Shown: in pieces, positions 58,930-64,000 of the stretch
Numbering within the stretch: the stretch's first letter is position 1
Layout of the letters: each line of letters begins with the position of its first letter
From: the human T2T-CHM13v2.0 reference genome, Homo sapiens
Assembly (NCBI RefSeq): GCF_009914755.1
Contig: NC_060939.1
Length of the DNA stretch: 64,000 nt
Direction: 5' to 3' (one strand)
Notes under the pieces: model-generated
The model's input: the letters and a program-made list of their open reading frames with translations, nothing else
Told to the model about the DNA's origin: nothing
Database searches by the model: none
Translations under genes and position numbers: made by a program

Positions 58930-59880
58930 ATCTCATGTGCTTCAGGAACAGCACGTAGGCCACAGCAGTGGATGTGCAGAGATGTGGATAAGGCAGGGAG
59001 AAAATCAAGTTGGAGAAGGAGTCTGGAGCCAGCAAATAGAGGGAGTTGAAGGTCCACGTCAAGGATTTTAGATTTTATTCTATGTATATTGGAAGGCATT
59101 TGAGGTGGTGGGGAGGGGAGAAACTCCTGACTTTTTACCAGAAACCCGACGCTCGTCATCGCCATCTTCACTTTCTGATGCTCTTATATTCAGTCACAAT
59201 TCTGGTTTATGTGACTCATTCAATATCGCTCACATTTGTGTATTTCCAGCAACCATCATCTCTTGCCTCAGATATTATAATAGCCCAATTATAATAACCT
59301 TCTCATTCACTGTTCATTCTGCAGCAAAACCTGATCGTGTTTAAAACCTCTCAATGGCTCTCCACTGCTGAAGTTGACCAGACCGAAGCTGGCATTCTTG
59401 CTGGGTCCTATCACCCTGACCACCTCACTGTCCCTTCAGTTTCTTCTGTCCCCTCTCTCTTTCTGTGCTTCATCCTATTGACCTTTTTTTCTATTATTCA
59501 AAGAAGAAATAGTCCTTCTTGTCTCTAGGCCCTTTTCCTTTTGCCTCTTCTTCCTACAATTTTGCTGTAATGCATCTCCCAAATATCAGCTTAAATGTCT
59601 CTTTCTCAGGAAAATGTCCTGGACTCTCCAGAAAGACCCAGATCCCTCTCCAATACGCTGATAGCACTTTGCACTGCTTCTTCATGAAATTCACCAGAAT
59701 TGTAATTCATGGATAATTGCTTTCTTATTTGTTTAATGCCTGTCTTCCCTGTAGCACTCTAAGCTTCCCAAGTGCCGGGAATATCCATCTTTAGCCTTGT
59801 ATTCTCGTTGCCTGCTCCAGAGCCCGATACACAGCAGGCCTTTGATACATACTTACTATATATTTACTGAATGACTACAT
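58930..59880. mobile_element. L2 fragments (minus strand, then plus strand)
   Basis: ggattttagattttattcta (minus); aaaacctctcaatggctctcc...atttactgaatgact (plus). Confidence 0.6.
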
Positions 59881-60611
59881 CGCTCAGTGAATGCACTGTT
59901 GGAATCTGATAGCACTTCTGGTGCTGGCACATGGTGGCAGTCGATTTCATGTCCTCTTTCATTTGATCGAAATTTCAGTTTACCAAGGGAAAGAAGCTCT
60001 TTTATTCCCCACCACATCTGGCACCATTGAGTAGGCATGGAGCTTGGACTTGATCCCTTGGAAGAGTCACATCACCTAATTAGACCAATCCTGGCTAGAA
60101 GTAGAATTGGGTTACTATTGAAAGCACAATGAATGAATGAGGGCCCATCGATTATCCATTTTAGAATCCCCTTTGGCATTCAATACTCCTTGTCCCTCAG
60201 TCTCAAAACTTTACCTCTCCTCAGATTTTTCTATCTGACCAGTAATTCTCTATCTACATCTTAAATACAGGCATTCTCCAGAAGCTTCTCCTCAGATCCC
60301 TCTGTTCCCCTCCCCTCAGGCTATGAAACACTAGCTCTAAATAGGTGTGTGGCCCCCACGTTTGTGTGGCAAGTTCCAGCGTGTCTGCTGAGGTCCAGAA
60401 TGTTTGTGCTGGATGTCCCGTGTGGTGTGAAGTTTCATATAGCCACTAGCTTCTCCTCATGGCACCACAGCAAAAAATATAAAACAGAACTTAGGAACAA
60501 CAGCTTAGGGGACTCTTTGACTTGTCCTTATCCTTCTTTGCCTGTGTTCTCTAACTTCTCTCACATCTGCCTCCGTCTTGCCCGTTCCTGGTACCACCTA
60601 AAGATAAGTTC

Positions 60612-61520
60612 TTTACTTTTTATTTTTTTATTTTTTTTTTATTTTTATGTTTTATTTCCATAGGTTTTTGGAGAACAGGTGGTGTTTCATTACATGAGTA
60701 AGTTCTTCAGTGGTGATTTCTGAGATTTTGGTGCACCCATCACCAGAGCAGTGTACACTGTACCTACCCAATGTGTAGTGTTTTATTCCTCGCCCCGCTC
60801 CTATCCTTTCCCCCAATGCCCCAAAGTCCATTGTACCATTCTTATGCCTTCGCATCTTCATAGCTTAGTGAGAACATATGATGTTTGGTTTTCCATTCCT
60901 CAGTTACTTCACTTAGAATAAGGGTCTCCGATTTCATCCAGGTTGCTGCAAATGCCACTATTTCGTTCCTTTTTATGACTGAATAGTATTACATGGTACA
61001 CATATACCACAATTTCTTTATCCACTCATTGATTGATGGGCATTTGGGCTGGTTTCATGTTTTCGCAATTGCAAATTGTGCTGCTATAAACATGCATGGG
61101 CAAGTATCTTTTTTGTAAATGACTTCTTTTCTTCTAGGTAGATAGCCAGGGTGGAATTGCTGGATCAAATTGTAGTTCTACTTTTAGTTCTGTAAGGAAT
61201 CTCCACACTGTTTTTCATAGTGGTTGTACTAGTTTACATTCCCACCAGGAGTGTAAAAGTGCTCCGTTTTCACCACATCCCTGCCAACATTTCCTATTTT
61301 TTTTTTTAATGGCCATTCTTGCAGGAGTAAGGTGGCATCACGTTGTGATTTTGATTTGCATTTCCCTGATCATTTGTGATGTTGGGCATTTTTTCATATG
61401 CTTTTTGGCCATTTGTATATCTTCTTTTGAGAATTACCTATTCACATTCTTAGCCCATTTGGGATTGGTTTTTTTCTTGCTAATTTGTTTGAGTTCTTGT
61501 AGATTCTGGATATTAGTTCT
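60612..61520 (-). mobile_element. L1PB 3' end
   Basis: tttccataggtttttggagaacaggtggtg...gtggtgatttctgagattttggtgcaccc. Confidence 0.9.
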
Positions 61521-61699
61521 TGGTTGGGTGCCTCATATGATAGCTCTGAGGCTCCTGAGATAGGCCCTGGACAGTTTTGCCTGCGTCCTGTAGCTCTTCT
61601 CCCCAAATGGTCTTTAAAAACTCCTTCTAGTTTAAGTTTCCTATAGTGCAGTTCTACTTCTAGGAAGACTTTCTTTGAAAATAGCCATGAGAATCCTTG

Positions 61700-61920
61700 C
61701 TAACATTATTAAATCCTTACTACTTGGCACAATTCTAAGATCTTCACATGATTTAAGTGGTCAAATGCAACAACCTCATCAAGGAGATTGTAATGTTATT
61801 ATCTGCAATTAAAAATGAGGAAACCTAGGCACATTTAATTTAAGTACTGGCCCAAGGTCATGCAATTTCTAAGTGTCAGAGCTAAGATTTAAGCCTGTGG
61901 GTTGTGGCTCTAGCATCATG
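61700..61920 (-). mobile_element. MIR SINE
   Basis: aaatgaggaaacctaggcac...gcccaaggtcatgc. Confidence 0.7.
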
Positions 61921-62534
61921 CACCAGTCATAAATCAGCCCACCCATGTTCTGGTGATTTATGCAAAATCCTTCAATAGTTGCCCATTCCCCAACAAATTA
62001 AGTAGAGACTTCAAGAATCTTTGTACAAAGACTCCCGCCCACAGTACCCACCCCCTTTTTAAGTGAACACTGCAATCTAGACAGAGTGGGCTACTCAGTG
62101 GTCCTCAAAGATGCCTCACTGCTTTGAGTAATGATCTTTACACATTCTAAGACCCACTCCTCAGCATCTGTCTCCCTATTTAATTCCCATTTATCTTTCC
62201 AAGTCAAATCAATTGCAATGGTATCTTAGATGCTTTCCCAATTTTCCCTACTATTCTTTGCCTTAGTCAAGCCCTTTTAACAAGTATTATCTTTCTAAAT
62301 TATTAAAACAAACATCTTTTCCACCTTGCAGGATCTCTCTCACTATGTACTAAGATCCTTGAATTGGGGTCAGAGCTATTTTTGTTTTTGCAAACAAGGC
62401 CCAGCATGGTTCTTCCTTACACAGAGAACTATGTCTGGCATAGTGTGTGAGTCACAAATGCTCTGCCATTAATGCACGGCGCTATAGTACTCTCCCCTCC
62501 TCTCCTCCCCAATGCCAGCTTCAAACACATTTTT

Positions 62535-63222
62535 ATAAAGACATATCTTCCGTGTTTATTGCAATACTATTCACAATAGCCAAGATATGGAAACAACCTG
62601 TATCCATCAACAGATGAATGGATAAAGAAAATGTGGTACATATACACAATAGAGTACTATTCAATCATTAAACAGAATGAGATCCCGCCATTTTCAACAA
62701 CATGGATGGAACTGGAGGTCATTATGTTAAGTGAAATAAGCCAGACACAGAAAGACAGACTTTGCATGTTCTCACTCGTTTCTGGGAGCTAAAAATTAAA
62801 GCAATAAACTCATCAAGATAGAGAGTAGAAAGATGGTTACCAGAGGCTGGGAAGGTAGTGGGGTAGGGGACAGGGAGTAGGAATGGTTAATGGGTACAAA
62901 AAAGTAAATAGAAGCAATAAGAACTAGCACTTGATAGCACAACAGGGTGACTATAGTAAACAATAATTTATTGTACATTTTAAAATAACTAAATGAGTAC
63001 ATAAGTAACTAAATAACTAAATGAGTAAATTGGAGTGTTTGTAACACAAAGAGTAGATAGATGCCTTAGGCGATACCTCATTTACCCTGATGTGATTATT
63101 AAACATCGTATTAATGTATCAATGTGATGATTAAGCATTGTATTCCTGCATCAAAATAGCTCGTGTATCCCACAAATATATATACCTACTATGTACCCAT
63201 AAAAATTAAAAATTAAAAAAAG
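62535..63222 (+). mobile_element. L1MA 3' end
   Basis: ctattcacaatagccaagatatgg...atatatacctactatgtacccataaaaattaaaa. Confidence 0.9.
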
Positions 63223-64000
63223 TTATGTAGCCTCTGAGGAAAATGATTTGAAAGACACTGTTTTGGTTTCATAAACTTTTAGGAGTCAAATGGGTTACTA
63301 AATTGGTGTGCAGATGATTGATTGTGTCAAAAATGACACCTGATATTGAGAATTATACATATTGAATGAAATACACCTGATTCTAATGAACATGAAATTA
63401 TTTTCACGGCATAAATAAGCCTTCTTCCTCGCCATCAAAATCTTGACCTTATGCAATAAAACAATAAGTGCTTCAAGGAGAGAACGAAATGTGAGTGATA
63501 GGAAATGTGAGTGATAGGAACTTTTAAAAACTTGCACTGTCTTGCTTTATACATTAAGGCTTAAAGAGTTATGAAGTGACGCAAGCAAAGAACTTGTTTG
63601 GTGAAGGGGTTCAGAATCCTGAAAAATTACTTGTTGCCGTGTAGAAAGGTCCTATAATTCATGAGCACATTTCAGCGTCTAATGCAGTTTGTGATACTTT
63701 ATAATCCTTACACATTCCATAGCCCCAGCTCTCTGAAGGTTAGACCTAAGGGATACACTTCAGAAAAGTTACATAAACAACTGTGAACCTTAGGCAGGCA
63801 AAATGTACACTTTGAACATGTTGAAACTCTCCATATTAAGTCAGTTTAGCACTTTGATTAAAGAGTTTAATCAATCACCATCCTAAGCTGTTTATTAATC
63901 ACTTTATCAAGCAGTTGATGCATTGCCGGTTTTAATAGAATCCATTTATTTTGATTTCTACCTACTTCATCTTTCCAAAGGGCTTTTCGAATCAGCTGTG

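Noticed and set aside
63487-63518. Tandem 16-bp duplication aaatgtgagtgatagg x2 (similar cases near 40541 and 62983)
   Set aside because: Ordinary short slippage duplications.

Overview
Human (hominid) non-coding DNA. It is placed at chr15q26.2 because 45765-46203 carries both primer sites I recall for the forensic STR Penta E, here (TCTTT)17. The window probably runs from the 3' end of SPATA8 into the gene desert distal to NR2F2 (both placements recalled, not checked). No intact protein-coding gene is supported. The ORF track is mostly Alu, L1 and low-complexity noise, plus decayed Tigger1 transposase and ERVL pol frames. Contents: many SINE, LINE, LTR and DNA-transposon relics, a two-LTR ERVL provirus relic, a tailless 7SK retropseudogene inside Tigger1, and a transposon-poor block of about 7 kb rich in homeodomain motifs (candidate conserved enhancers). 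I see no evidence for a new gene system. The most unusual signals are four local fold-back or template-switch scars: (1) a ~1.56 kb inverted duplication resembling a palindromic AT-rich repeat (PATRR), with a hairpin-unit 29-bp minisatellite in one arm; (2) a ~450 bp micro-inversion that splits two nested LTRs; (3) a 59-bp inverted templated insertion in Tigger1; (4) a double-hairpin mosaic in the ERVL. Repeat subfamily names come from my recall of consensus sequences, and boundaries of old repeats are approximate.
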